From NCBI GenBank assembly GCA_963793865.1, contig CAWCBP010000012.1, forward strand, positions 32,001 to 96,000: 64,000 nucleotides of DNA. Reading direction: 5' to 3'. Shown in pieces: positions 55,708-64,000 of the stretch. The position numbers and the translations under genes are program-made. This DNA is from an uncultured delta proteobacterium (GTDB taxonomy: Bacteria; Desulfobacterota; WTBG01). The notes under the pieces were generated by a model that saw only the letters and a program-made list of their open reading frames with translations, made no database searches and had not been told where the DNA came from. Position 1 is the first letter of the stretch; each line of letters opens with the position of its first letter.

Positions 55708-56652
55708 ATGAATCAGGAAGAAATAATGCGCAGTGCGACAAAAAGAAGGGCGAATCATCAGGCAGGTTGCGGCAATGGCTGGAAGCCGGGTGAACACCGG
55801 TCTGTGAAAGGCCAGTCAAACCGCACGCAGGTTATCGCTGTGACGAGCGGTAAAGGAGGAGTAGGAAAGACCAATGTGGTGGCCAATCTTGGGTATGCCC
55901 TGACCAGGCTCAACAAGCGGGTTTTGCTGGTGGATGCGGACATAGGCCTCGCCAACCTTGACGTCATCCTGGGATTTTCGCCGCGCTACAATTTACAGCA
56001 CGTTTTGAGCGGGGAAAAGCCGATTTCAGAGGTGGTCATAACCGCGCCGGGGGGGATGAAGATTCTTCCCGCAAGTTCGGGCATACAGGAACTCTCAGAG
56101 CTGACCAAGTCACAGAAAATATGCCTGCTCTCCGAGCTGGAATCCATCTCCCGCGGGATCGACATGATTCTGATCGATACCAGCGCCGGCATTTCTTCCA
56201 ACGTGATGTACTTCAACCTGGCGGCGCACGAAATCCTCATGGTGGTGTCCCCGGAACCCACATCCATTACCGATGCCTACGCCATGATGAAAGTGCTCTG
56301 TGTAAAGTATGAGGAAAACCACTTTAACCTGCTGGTGAACGGTGCGCAGAGCGCTGAAGAGGCCAAAGAGGTCTACAACCACATAAGCCTGGTGGGGCAG
56401 AGATTTCATCATCTTTCCATCGACTACTGGGGTTACATCGTGCGGGATGAGCATGTGGTAAAGGCTGTACGACAGCAGAAGGCGCTGGTTGAGCTTTATC
56501 CCGAGGCGGCTGCCAGCAGGTGCATATTTGAACTGGCGCGAAAGGTTTGCGAGCATCAGCTCAACAGCACCTCCCGCGGCGCCATCCGGTTTTTCTGGCA
56601 TCATTTCATGGAAAATCCCGAGACACTTCCTTTATCGCTTTCCAGGATGTAG
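55708..56652 (+). CDS. flhG: Flagellar number regulator FlhG/FleN (MinD-like ATPase)
   Basis: TSGKGGVGKTN, DADIGLAN, PEPTSITDAYA; directly upstream of fliA. Confidence 0.88.
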   Translation: MNQEEIMRSATKRRANHQAGCGNGWKPGEHRSVKGQSNRTQVIAVTSGKGGVGKTNVVANLGYALTRLNKRVLLVDADIGLANLDVILGFSPRYNLQHVLSGEKPISEVVITAPGGMKILPASSGIQELSELTKSQKICLLSELESISRGIDMILIDTSAGISSNVMYFNLAAHEILMVVSPEPTSITDAYAMMKVLCVKYEENHFNLLVNGAQSAEEAKEVYNHISLVGQRFHHLSIDYWGYIVRDEHVVKAVRQQKALVELYPEAAASRCIFELARKVCEHQLNSTSRGAIRFFWHHFMENPETLPLSLSRM

Positions 56653-56683
56653 TTACACCTCACCTTAACCAAGGGGGAAACAG

Positions 56684-57445
56684 ATGAACGGATTACACAA
56701 CCAGATGGCAGAGAATGACCCGCAGGGCAAGGAAGATTTTACCAGGCGGGAACGGCTGATCATGGAATACGCGCCCCTGGTCAAATATATTGCCAACCGT
56801 GTTGCCATGCGGCTGCCTCCCCACATTGAGGTGGCGGACCTTGTCAATGCCGGCATCCTGGGCCTGATTGATGCGGTGGAGAAGTTTGATCCCTCCAAAG
56901 AGGTCAAGTTCAAGACCTATGCTGAAATCCGCATCAGGGGTGCCATCCTTGATGAATTGCGATCGATGGATTGGATTCCGCGCTCGGTCCGGAAGGTGAT
57001 CAACCAGATGATGAACGCCTACCATGAACTGGAGCAGCATCTCGGCCGGCCGGCCCGCGATGAAGAAATGGCCGAACAGCTGGGCGTGCAGATGGACGAA
57101 TTTTACCGTCTGCTCAAGCAGTCCGCCGGCGTTCCGCTCATCAGCCTTGATGTGACAACGGATCCCGAAGACAAGCGCCGTGATATTTTGAGCTGCATTG
57201 TCGATCCCAAGTCCACCAATGCCTTCGGCGTGCTGGGACTGAACGAGGTCAAGGATTCGGTTGCCCGCGCGATTGAGGATCTGCCTGAAAAAGAAAAAGA
57301 AGTCATATCGCTTTACTACTATGACGAGCTTACCATGAAGGAAATCGGCGAGGTGCTGGATCTGACTGAATCACGCGTCTCCCAGATTCATACCAAGGCT
57401 ATTTTGCGCCTGCGGGTGAGAATCAACAACTTAAAGGGCAGGTAG
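56684..57445 (+). CDS. fliA: RNA polymerase sigma-28 factor
   Basis: RIRGAILDELRSMDWIPRSVR, LTMKEIGEVLDLTESRVSQIH. Confidence 0.96.
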   Translation: MNGLHNQMAENDPQGKEDFTRRERLIMEYAPLVKYIANRVAMRLPPHIEVADLVNAGILGLIDAVEKFDPSKEVKFKTYAEIRIRGAILDELRSMDWIPRSVRKVINQMMNAYHELEQHLGRPARDEEMAEQLGVQMDEFYRLLKQSAGVPLISLDVTTDPEDKRRDILSCIVDPKSTNAFGVLGLNEVKDSVARAIEDLPEKEKEVISLYYYDELTMKEIGEVLDLTESRVSQIHTKAILRLRVRINNLKGR

Positions 57446-57611
57446 CGCTTGCCGATGGCGCAACGCCTGCCGCGCGCATCCTGAGGGTGCATGACAAAAG
57501 CGCGGGATGGTATGCTGCCCGTGCTGCACCGTCATCCGTGAAAAGGGCCTTGATAGTCGAAGCGGGTCGTGTATAATGGTTACCAAAAACCCATAACTGC
57601 AGGAAGGCACC

Positions 57612-58382
57612 ATGAGAGAGTTTGCACCGCCCGGGGCAACGATCACGGACCACTGGCTGGAAATTGCCGGGCAAAAGGCATTGAGCAAAATGTATCGCCT
57701 TGCGGGCCTGGGGGAGCTGCTGGACGGATTGGCCCATAATTTAAATACCCCGCTGTCGGCCGTTGTCGCGCGGGGGGAGATGCTCAGGGACCGGCTGCAG
57801 GGGCTCAGGCAGGAGACCGCGGACGGCGCGGCCGATGATGCCCTCACCTCCAAGCTGGATAAGAGCATACGGGATGCCGAGGTTATCGTAACCAACGCCC
57901 TCAAGCTTGCGGACAAGATAAAAAACGTGATGAACAAGCGGCTGCGCGAGGATGACGATGAGCCCCAGATGATCAGCCTTAACCAGCTCATCAGGGAAGA
58001 GCTTCAGTTCCTGGAAGCGGACATGAAGTTTAAACATGAAATAACCAAAACCTGCTCGCTTGATGATTCGATTCCCGCCATCAGGGGTGTGTATCACCAT
58101 TTTTCCCAATGCTTCATACAGATTGTCAGAAATGTGCTGGATTCCTTTGCCGGTGCGGATAAAAAGGATCTGACCATTACCAGCAGGCGCGATAATTCGG
58201 TCATTCTCCTGGAATTTCGCGATACCGGTCCGGAGCGCGGGAATTCATGCCAGGCGGCCTGCGCGATGCGGCTGGCAAACGTTACCGAATTATTGAAGCC
58301 CTATGGAGCAGTGCTCACTGTTGTGCGAAGCCCCAATGATAATCGCCACACCATAAGCATACCCTGTAAACCGGCCGGCTAA
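57612..58382 (+). CDS. Sensorless histidine-kinase-like protein with degenerate ATPase domain
   Basis: H-box GLAHNLNTPL, N-box IVRNVLDS, DTGP; no G2 box. Confidence 0.7.
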   Translation: MREFAPPGATITDHWLEIAGQKALSKMYRLAGLGELLDGLAHNLNTPLSAVVARGEMLRDRLQGLRQETADGAADDALTSKLDKSIRDAEVIVTNALKLADKIKNVMNKRLREDDDEPQMISLNQLIREELQFLEADMKFKHEITKTCSLDDSIPAIRGVYHHFSQCFIQIVRNVLDSFAGADKKDLTITSRRDNSVILLEFRDTGPERGNSCQAACAMRLANVTELLKPYGAVLTVVRSPNDNRHTISIPCKPAG

Positions 58383-58576
58383 GGAGCCGCCCCGGCTCAA
58401 GCGGCCTCATCATTTGTCAGTTGCCTTCCCTTATCTTCCAGCCGGCTGAAATAAACTGCCCTATGGTACATGCGGTAACCTCCCCTCATGAAGCGGGAAG
58501 GCCCTTCTCGATAAACATCAGCTCTCCTTTGCCCGCCAATGACGTTTGTGTCACTTCCCCCGCCATTACTTGACCA

Positions 58577-58902
58577 GTGTAGTGCGTCATTAATTCCGTT
58601 ATTTATATGTGGCTCAAGGGGAGGGGCTTTTTAGCCACAACAAAATTATTCGGAACCTGTAGAACGGCAGCGACTATCTAACTTTGTCCGACAGACCCGC
58701 ATGGTAACAGCCGTATCGAAGTCTCTGAAAAGCTGCCTGTCTGCGGTTTAAGTCGTAAGGCACCGGGTCGTGCCGTAAGCCTAAAGACACATTGTTGTGG
58801 CGTCAAAAGCCCCTCCCCTTGAGCCACTGAACCTCTTCTACAGCATGGTATTCGCAACGCACAGGAGCCTTTCATACGTAAAGAAGTGTTGGACGCACTA
58901 CA
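58577..58902. mobile_element. Non-autonomous MITE-like or structured element, copy 2
   Basis: TGTAGTGCGTC...GACGCACTACA ends; core near-identical to 22389-22609. Confidence 0.75.
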
Positions 58903-59041
58903 TAGCATGTTCAATATAGAAGGTCCGGGAAGAATGCCGCTATAGCTTAAAAGGGAAAGCTCACCTGAAAAACAAACAAGACAAATTACCAAATGCTGCA
59001 AATATCAAGATCATTACAATACCTCTGTTTCAAGAAAAAAC

Positions 59042-59069
59042 TAAAGTCTGCCTTGTTTCGTACCGATTT
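59042..59069 (+). promoter_or_regulatory. Putative sigma28 promoter of flgM
   Basis: TAAAGT...ACCGATTT (spacer one base longer than TAAA-N15-GCCGATAA). Confidence 0.5.
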
Positions 59070-59097
59070 AATAACTGAGCCTTGAGGAGGCACAATT

Positions 59098-59406
59098 ATG
59101 AAGATGGGTGGAAAGCAAACCATTGTATATTTGGAAACGTATATGAAAAATGGACACAACAACGGAACGGCAAGCAGACCGGCACGACACGCGGGGGAAA
59201 GATCCGTACCCGTGGAAATGGTCAGAATATCCGAAAGGGAACGGGATATTATCAATAAAGCCTGGGAGATAGTTGATGCGACCCCCGAAATCAGAGAGGA
59301 AATGGTGGGGCATTTCAAGCGGAAAATGGAAGCAGGCAGCTGTGCGGTAAAGTCTGATCAGGTGGCTGAAAAAATGCTGAAGGAATTCCTTCTGGATGGC
59401 TTGTAA
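59098..59406 (+). CDS. flgM: Anti-sigma28 factor FlgM
   Basis: VRISE, TPEIREEMV..FKRKMEAGS.AV.SDQVAEKML; near fliA. Confidence 0.8.
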   Translation: MKMGGKQTIVYLETYMKNGHNNGTASRPARHAGERSVPVEMVRISERERDIINKAWEIVDATPEIREEMVGHFKRKMEAGSCAVKSDQVAEKMLKEFLLDGL

Positions 59407-59600
59407 AGAGCGCGTCCGTTACAATATGGCGCCGCAGCACGAATCTCTCTCCCTTCAAATCTATCCATTCTTAATTGGCTCTCCCGGACTGTTATCACGC
59501 ATGTTCTATGCATTAAAAATCCAAGCCCATGTGTTTCGCCGCAGAGAATGAACATGGATTGGATTCCCGCTTTCGCGGACATCCATTTATTGATACGCGT

Positions 59601-59661
59601 GTAGGGGCAACCCCCTGTGGTTGCCCTATCATAAACGGGCAGGCAAGGGGCCTGCCCCTGC
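59601..59661. repeat. GTAG-family REP doublet
   Basis: gtaggggcaaccccctgtggttgccct...gggcaggcaaggggcctgcccctgc. Confidence 0.75.
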
Positions 59662-59751
59662 CATTACCCTTTCTTAATTGACTGTGACCGGCATGATGCG
59701 GTAAACTTTTCCTGTTGCGCACACGACGCAGGGAAAGGAGATGTAAAGAGG

Positions 59752-60051
59752 GTGCATCACGAAAAGGTAGAACTGGCACGGAAGACGGCGGACGGCTACA
59801 TCATACCGCTGGGCACGATCAATCTGGTGAGCGTGGTTACCGACACCGGGATGGTGGGCTGCGGTGTTTTTGATGTTAAAGCACTCGATGCGCTTGGATA
59901 TCCCGCGGCAAAAGCGCGCAGGTCCGGCGAGGGGCTTATTGCGACCATCGATGATCTGCTCAACGGCATAATCAAGGAGGTGAATGAGGCAGCGCGCAAA
60001 CGGGGCGTGAGCATCGGCATGTCCGGGAAAGAGGCGCTTGATTTGATGTGA
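59752..60051 (+). CDS. YunC / DUF1805 family protein
   Basis: GMVGCG.FDV.AL, TIDDLL, GV.IGMSGKEAL. Confidence 0.85.
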   Translation: MHHEKVELARKTADGYIIPLGTINLVSVVTDTGMVGCGVFDVKALDALGYPAAKARRSGEGLIATIDDLLNGIIKEVNEAARKRGVSIGMSGKEALDLM

Positions 60052-60108
60052 AGTTTACACTCTTCGCCTATGCCAGTCAGTCCGGGCGCTTAGGGAAACT
60101 GAGGGGAG

Positions 60109-60187
60109 AAAAAATAGAAGGGTGATAGCCATAAAGGAGGGGGCCAAAACGGCTATCAACCCTTCGCTGCCCTATTTAATAGGGCAT
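60109..60187 (-). ncRNA. Candidate sRNA B2 (paralogue of A3)
   Basis: Promoter TTGCAT-17-TATAGG (60220-60192); hairpin gccctat-taa-atagggc, then stem with loop TTTTGGCCCCCTCCTTT and a T-run. Confidence 0.55.
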
Positions 60188-60307
60188 AAAACCTATACCA
60201 CATAAATTATCGCAATGCAAGTGCCCTCTTTTTAAATCGGTTATTCTAAAAACTGCCCATCTGATTTATTCGCACCGGACTTCTCACCGGGAATGATTCC
60301 AAACAGC

Positions 60308-60356
60308 AAAAAAAAGTGGGAATGGCGTCTCCGCCATTCCCGTAATCGAAAGGGTA
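60308..60356 (-). ncRNA. Candidate sRNA B1 (terminator homologous to A1)
   Basis: gggaatggcggagacgccattccc plus T8, downstream of the tandem-operator promoter. Confidence 0.45.
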
Positions 60357-60361
60357 TTTGC

Positions 60362-60431
60362 ATTCTGCAACAGCTTTTAGAAAAAATCAATAGGCAAAAC
60401 CCTGATTTTTGCCCTCGAAAACCCTGATTTT
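60362..60431 (-). promoter_or_regulatory. Tandem operator AAAATCAGGGTTT x2 with TTGATT-17-CAGAAT promoter
   Basis: Paralogue of 50372-50441. Confidence 0.65.
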
Positions 60432-60637
60432 TAACGACGGAATTATCTATGCTAATAGTTTATTATTGAAAAAATATACAGATAAACTATAACCTACACT
60501 ACGGCTTTTGTTTCTGAAAAAGAGCGGCTCAAAAAGGCTTTATGGGGAGGGCAGGTTTGAACAACAATTCGAGAAGATGTGAGGCGATTAAGCCTCCCCA
60601 CATCCTTTTAATAATTCGATAAACAAGAACACACAAC

Positions 60638-61957
60638 ATGTCCCGCACGGTCTTTATCAAAACCTACGGATGCCAGATGAATGTCTATGACTCGGAGCGG
60701 ATCATGGGACTGCTCCAGGGGTGCGGCTATACGCTTGCCCCGGACGTTACTGCTGCCGATATAATTCTCCTCAATACCTGCAGCATCCGCGAGAAGCCGG
60801 AGCATAAGCTTTACAGCATCCTGGGCAGGCTGAAGGAATACAAGGATGCCAACCCGTCCCTCATTCTCGGAGTGGGCGGTTGTGTAGCCCAGCAGGAGGG
60901 TGAGCGGCTTTTTGAAAAGGCGCCTCACCTGGACCTGGTGTTCGGCACGCACAGCATTGACAGTCTGCCCGGTTTGATAAAGCAGGTGGAAACGGAGAGG
61001 GAAAAGGTCTGCCGGACCGGCTTGCGCGAAGAAGGATACAGCGACGAGGGGGTCTGCTGCGCCGCCTCGCCCGGGGTATCGGCATATGTGAGCATCATTC
61101 GAGGCTGCAATAATTTTTGCTCTTACTGCGTGGTGCCCTATGTGCGGGGCAGGGAAAAGAGCCGGCCGCAGGAAGATATTATACAGGAAATTCAACAGCT
61201 GTGCCGGCGGGGAGTCCGGGAAGTCACCCTGCTGGGACAGAACGTCAACTCCTATGGCAGTGATAACGGCAGAACGGGGAGCTTCCCCCGGCTGCTTGAA
61301 GCGGTGAATGAAGTCACGGGCATAGAGCGGATACGATTTATCACCTCCCATCCCAAAGACCTGGGGGATGATCTGATCCGCTGCTTCAGTTCACTGGGTA
61401 AGCTCTGTCCGCACATTCATCTTCCCTTCCAATCCGGTTCAAATAAGATTTTGCGGCTGATGAACCGGGGATATACCCGCGAAGAGTATCTGGCAAAGGT
61501 TGAAGGGCTGCGCCGGGCGTGCCCTCCGATCGCCATTACCTCGGATGTCATCGTCGGCTTCCCCGGGGAAGCCGATGAAGATTTTGAGCAGACCCTGGCG
61601 CTGATGGAAGCGGTGCGATTCGATGACCTCTTTTGCTTTAACTACTCCGACCGCCCCATGACGGCAGCCATCCGTTTCGAGGGCAAAATTCCCGCAGAAG
61701 TCAAAGCAAAGCGGTTTTCCCTGCTGCAGGAGCTGCAGAATAAGCACAGCCTTACCAGAAACAGGACGCTCCTGAATACGGAGGAGGAGGTGTTGGTCGA
61801 GGGCATGAGCAAGAAAGATAGGAGTCGCATCACGGGAAAGACACGCTCCAACAAGACCGTCATCGCAGAGGGAGGGGAGGAGATCACCGGGCGGCTGGTA
61901 TCGGTCCGCATCAGGAGTGTCACGGCACATACGCTGAGCGGTGATATCGAATGCTGA
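60638..61957 (+). CDS. miaB: tRNA-2-methylthio-N6-dimethylallyladenosine synthase
   Basis: TYGCQMNVYDS, NTCSIRE, GCNNFCSYCVVP, LLGQNVNSY, TRAM domain. Confidence 0.97.
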   Translation: MSRTVFIKTYGCQMNVYDSERIMGLLQGCGYTLAPDVTAADIILLNTCSIREKPEHKLYSILGRLKEYKDANPSLILGVGGCVAQQEGERLFEKAPHLDLVFGTHSIDSLPGLIKQVETEREKVCRTGLREEGYSDEGVCCAASPGVSAYVSIIRGCNNFCSYCVVPYVRGREKSRPQEDIIQEIQQLCRRGVREVTLLGQNVNSYGSDNGRTGSFPRLLEAVNEVTGIERIRFITSHPKDLGDDLIRCFSSLGKLCPHIHLPFQSGSNKILRLMNRGYTREEYLAKVEGLRRACPPIAITSDVIVGFPGEADEDFEQTLALMEAVRFDDLFCFNYSDRPMTAAIRFEGKIPAEVKAKRFSLLQELQNKHSLTRNRTLLNTEEEVLVEGMSKKDRSRITGKTRSNKTVIAEGGEEITGRLVSVRIRSVTAHTLSGDIEC

Positions 61958-62346
61958 ACGCGCCCTCACCCTCGCCCCTGGGAGGCCGGTCTAAGCGCGC
62001 TCAAGCACTGACCCTATGGGTGCCCCCCGTTGTGTGGGCAGGCCTGATCTTTTATCTTTCCTCCCTCCCGGGCAGTACCCTTCCTTCCCCCTTTTTTACC
62101 GCCGACAAGCTTTTCCACCTGGGCGTGTACGCCGTGCTGGGGTACCTGGTGGCGAGGGCCCTGGGGTATTACGGACGGGCCAGGCGTTTTGTCATGGTGC
62201 TGTCAGTGCTTATCTGTTTCCTGTATGCACTAAGCGACGAGTTCCATCAGTCGTTTGTTCCCGACCGCACCCCCAGTTTCATGGATGTGACAGCCGATAC
62301 CGTCGGCTCGTTGATTGGCTTTTTTATATCCACAAGAAAGAGGTGA
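61951..62346 (+). CDS. VanZ-like membrane protein
   Basis: IFYLSS, DKLFH...YAVLG, DEFHQSFVPDR...D..AD. Confidence 0.88.
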   Translation: MLNAPSPSPLGGRSKRAQALTLWVPPVVWAGLIFYLSSLPGSTLPSPFFTADKLFHLGVYAVLGYLVARALGYYGRARRFVMVLSVLICFLYALSDEFHQSFVPDRTPSFMDVTADTVGSLIGFFISTRKR

Positions 62347-62350
62347 TATC

Positions 62351-62998
62351 ATGATTGATCTGCACACCCATTCTCTCTTAAGCGATGGTGAGCTTCTTCC
62401 CTCGGAGCTGATACGAAGGGCCATGGTAAAAGGATACCAGGTGTTGGCCATAACTGATCACGTGGACCTCTCCAACATCGACTGGGTCATATCCCGGCTG
62501 GTGAAGGACTGCAACGCGCTGAAAAAATCCTTTCAGATGGAGGTGCTGCCCGGGGCGGAAATAACCCACGTGCCTCCTGAGAGCATACAGTCCATGGCGG
62601 AGGAGGCCCGGAAGCTGGGGGCGAAGATTGTGGTGGTGCACGGGGAGACCATTGTTGAGCCGGTGGCGCCACAGACCAACCTGAAAGCCCTCCAGTCACC
62701 CATCGATATCCTGGCCCACCCCGGTTTGATTACCCGGGAAGAGGTTATGCTGGCCAGGAAAAACGGCATCATGCTGGAAATCACCGCGCGGAAGGGGCAC
62801 TCCCTCACCAACGGCCATGTTGCCAAGCTGGCACTTGAGGTCGGGGCAGGCATGGTGCTGAACACCGACGGGCATTCGCCGGATGATCTGATTTCTGACG
62901 AGCAGGCGAGGAAGATTGCCCTGGGGGCCGGCTTATCCGAAGAGGATTGTGCCAGACTCACCGACAACGCGCGAGAGATTATCAAACGGGCACAGTAA
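62351..62998 (+). CDS. PHP-domain (histidinol-phosphatase-like) hydrolase
   Basis: DLHTHS..SDG, ITDH, HGETIVEPV, LAHPG, TDGH. Confidence 0.9.
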   Translation: MIDLHTHSLLSDGELLPSELIRRAMVKGYQVLAITDHVDLSNIDWVISRLVKDCNALKKSFQMEVLPGAEITHVPPESIQSMAEEARKLGAKIVVVHGETIVEPVAPQTNLKALQSPIDILAHPGLITREEVMLARKNGIMLEITARKGHSLTNGHVAKLALEVGAGMVLNTDGHSPDDLISDEQARKIALGAGLSEEDCARLTDNAREIIKRAQ

Positions 62999-63025
62999 CG
63001 GAGGGCCTCTATTCACAAAGGCAGG

Positions 63026-63088
63026 TGGAGGGCCATGCTCCGTCATGGCCCTAGATAATATGCGGACGTGACAGAGCACGTCCCTCCA
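63026..63088. repeat. REP-like double-hairpin element (TGGAGG...CCTCCA family)
   Basis: tggagggccatgctccgtcatggccc...ggacgtgacagagcacgtccctcca. Confidence 0.75.
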
Positions 63089-63200
63089 TAAATGGGTTGT
63101 CATTTCGAAGAAGCCGCTGCGACTGAGAAATCTTATAAGATTTCTCATGGATTTTATCCTGAGTGAGAAAGCAACTATCCGGAAAGGAGGAAACAAGAAC

Positions 63201-63899
63201 ATGAAGAAGATAAGCATGGCACTCCTGCCCCTGCTGGCGATGATGCTCGTGTGTTCCTGTACAGTGAAGAAAACCACCCCAGCTGGTGAGGTGGCCACGG
63301 ATGAAGAGGTGCCGGCCATTCTTTTAGGGGCAGAGATGCCTAAAGAGCACCAGGAGATTGAAACGGTTGCCTGCATGGAATGCCACACCATTCTGACCGA
63401 CGGCGTGTCAACGGCAACGCAGCGATTCCTTGATCGCCCCGGGGCCATAGAGAAGGAAGAGCTCTGGAAGGAGATTGTCGCGTTCTTCGGGGAGCGGCAG
63501 AGCTGTGTCATTGCGACCAGCATAAATAATGAGCCCTACGTGACCACGGTGGATTTTGCCCTGGACCCGGTGAACCGGGTGATGTATGCCCTCTCCGAGA
63601 AAGGAACCAGAAAGCTCGACCAGATCCGGATGAATTCAAAAACGGCAGTGGAATATCACCAGCCCCGGGACTGGCAGACCAAGGTATTCAGGTGCCTTCA
63701 GATGAGAGGTGACGCGCGGACCTTCAGCGCCGATGACGCACTGTTTGCCGAGGGTTTAAGGATCTTTAAACCGCAAATTGATGAGGAGATGATCAGGCGG
63801 GGGATGGATATGACCTGCTTTACCCCGAAGGAGATTCTCTTCTACGACAACCTCAGGAAGGAGAGGGGGTTAAACATTTTTCAGATGTGGAATCGGTAA
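63201..63899 (+). CDS. Lipoprotein with one CxxCH motif fused to a PNPOx-like split-barrel domain
   Basis: RBS AGGAGG, lipobox VCSC, CMECH, then IATS.NNEPY...TRKLDQIRMN...LQMRGDA. Confidence 0.75.
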   Translation: MKKISMALLPLLAMMLVCSCTVKKTTPAGEVATDEEVPAILLGAEMPKEHQEIETVACMECHTILTDGVSTATQRFLDRPGAIEKEELWKEIVAFFGERQSCVIATSINNEPYVTTVDFALDPVNRVMYALSEKGTRKLDQIRMNSKTAVEYHQPRDWQTKVFRCLQMRGDARTFSADDALFAEGLRIFKPQIDEEMIRRGMDMTCFTPKEILFYDNLRKERGLNIFQMWNR

Positions 63900-64000
63900 T
63901 CAGCCGGCTTGCGAGACCGCATTCATGAATCTGTGACCGGATGCATCCCCAAACATGCTCCGGCTTTTCCGGCCGGGATCAACCTTGACTCCTGCCGCTC

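Overview
Chromosomal window from an anaerobic bacterium, most likely Deltaproteobacteria/Desulfobacterota (inferred from gene content). Left part (1-27 kb): an origin-type cluster rsmG-parS-parA-parB-gyrB-gyrA-gpsA plus housekeeping and redox genes. These include a B12-radical SAM protein, a FleQ-like sigma54 regulator, a sirtuin, a PurN-like enzyme, ino1, cysK, trmO and a NifU-like protein. Middle (27.4-46.2 kb): a large copper-resistance island with CsoR and its operator, TolC/CusB/CusA, two CopZ, CopA and a multicopper oxidase. The island also carries two pairs of unexplained Cys-rich paralogues and an Fe-S/sulfite-reductase-like protein. Next is a decayed integrative element at tRNA-Arg(TCT) (46.3-50.2 kb) with a dockerin-like tetraheme cytochrome. 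Right part: AOR, an M48 protease, an orphan flhG-fliA-flgM module, miaB and others. The most striking unexplained signal is non-coding. Two paralogous intergenic loci (50.35-50.87 kb on +, 60.1-60.45 kb on -) share a tandem 13-bp operator and promoter and appear to encode five short hairpin RNAs, four of them with exposed anti-Shine-Dalgarno seeds; two have their own ECF-type promoters. A nested-palindrome MITE or structured-RNA element occurs three times. Many accessory genes carry single-base frameshifts, due either to sequencing error or to decay. All calls come from reading the sequence; no searches were run.
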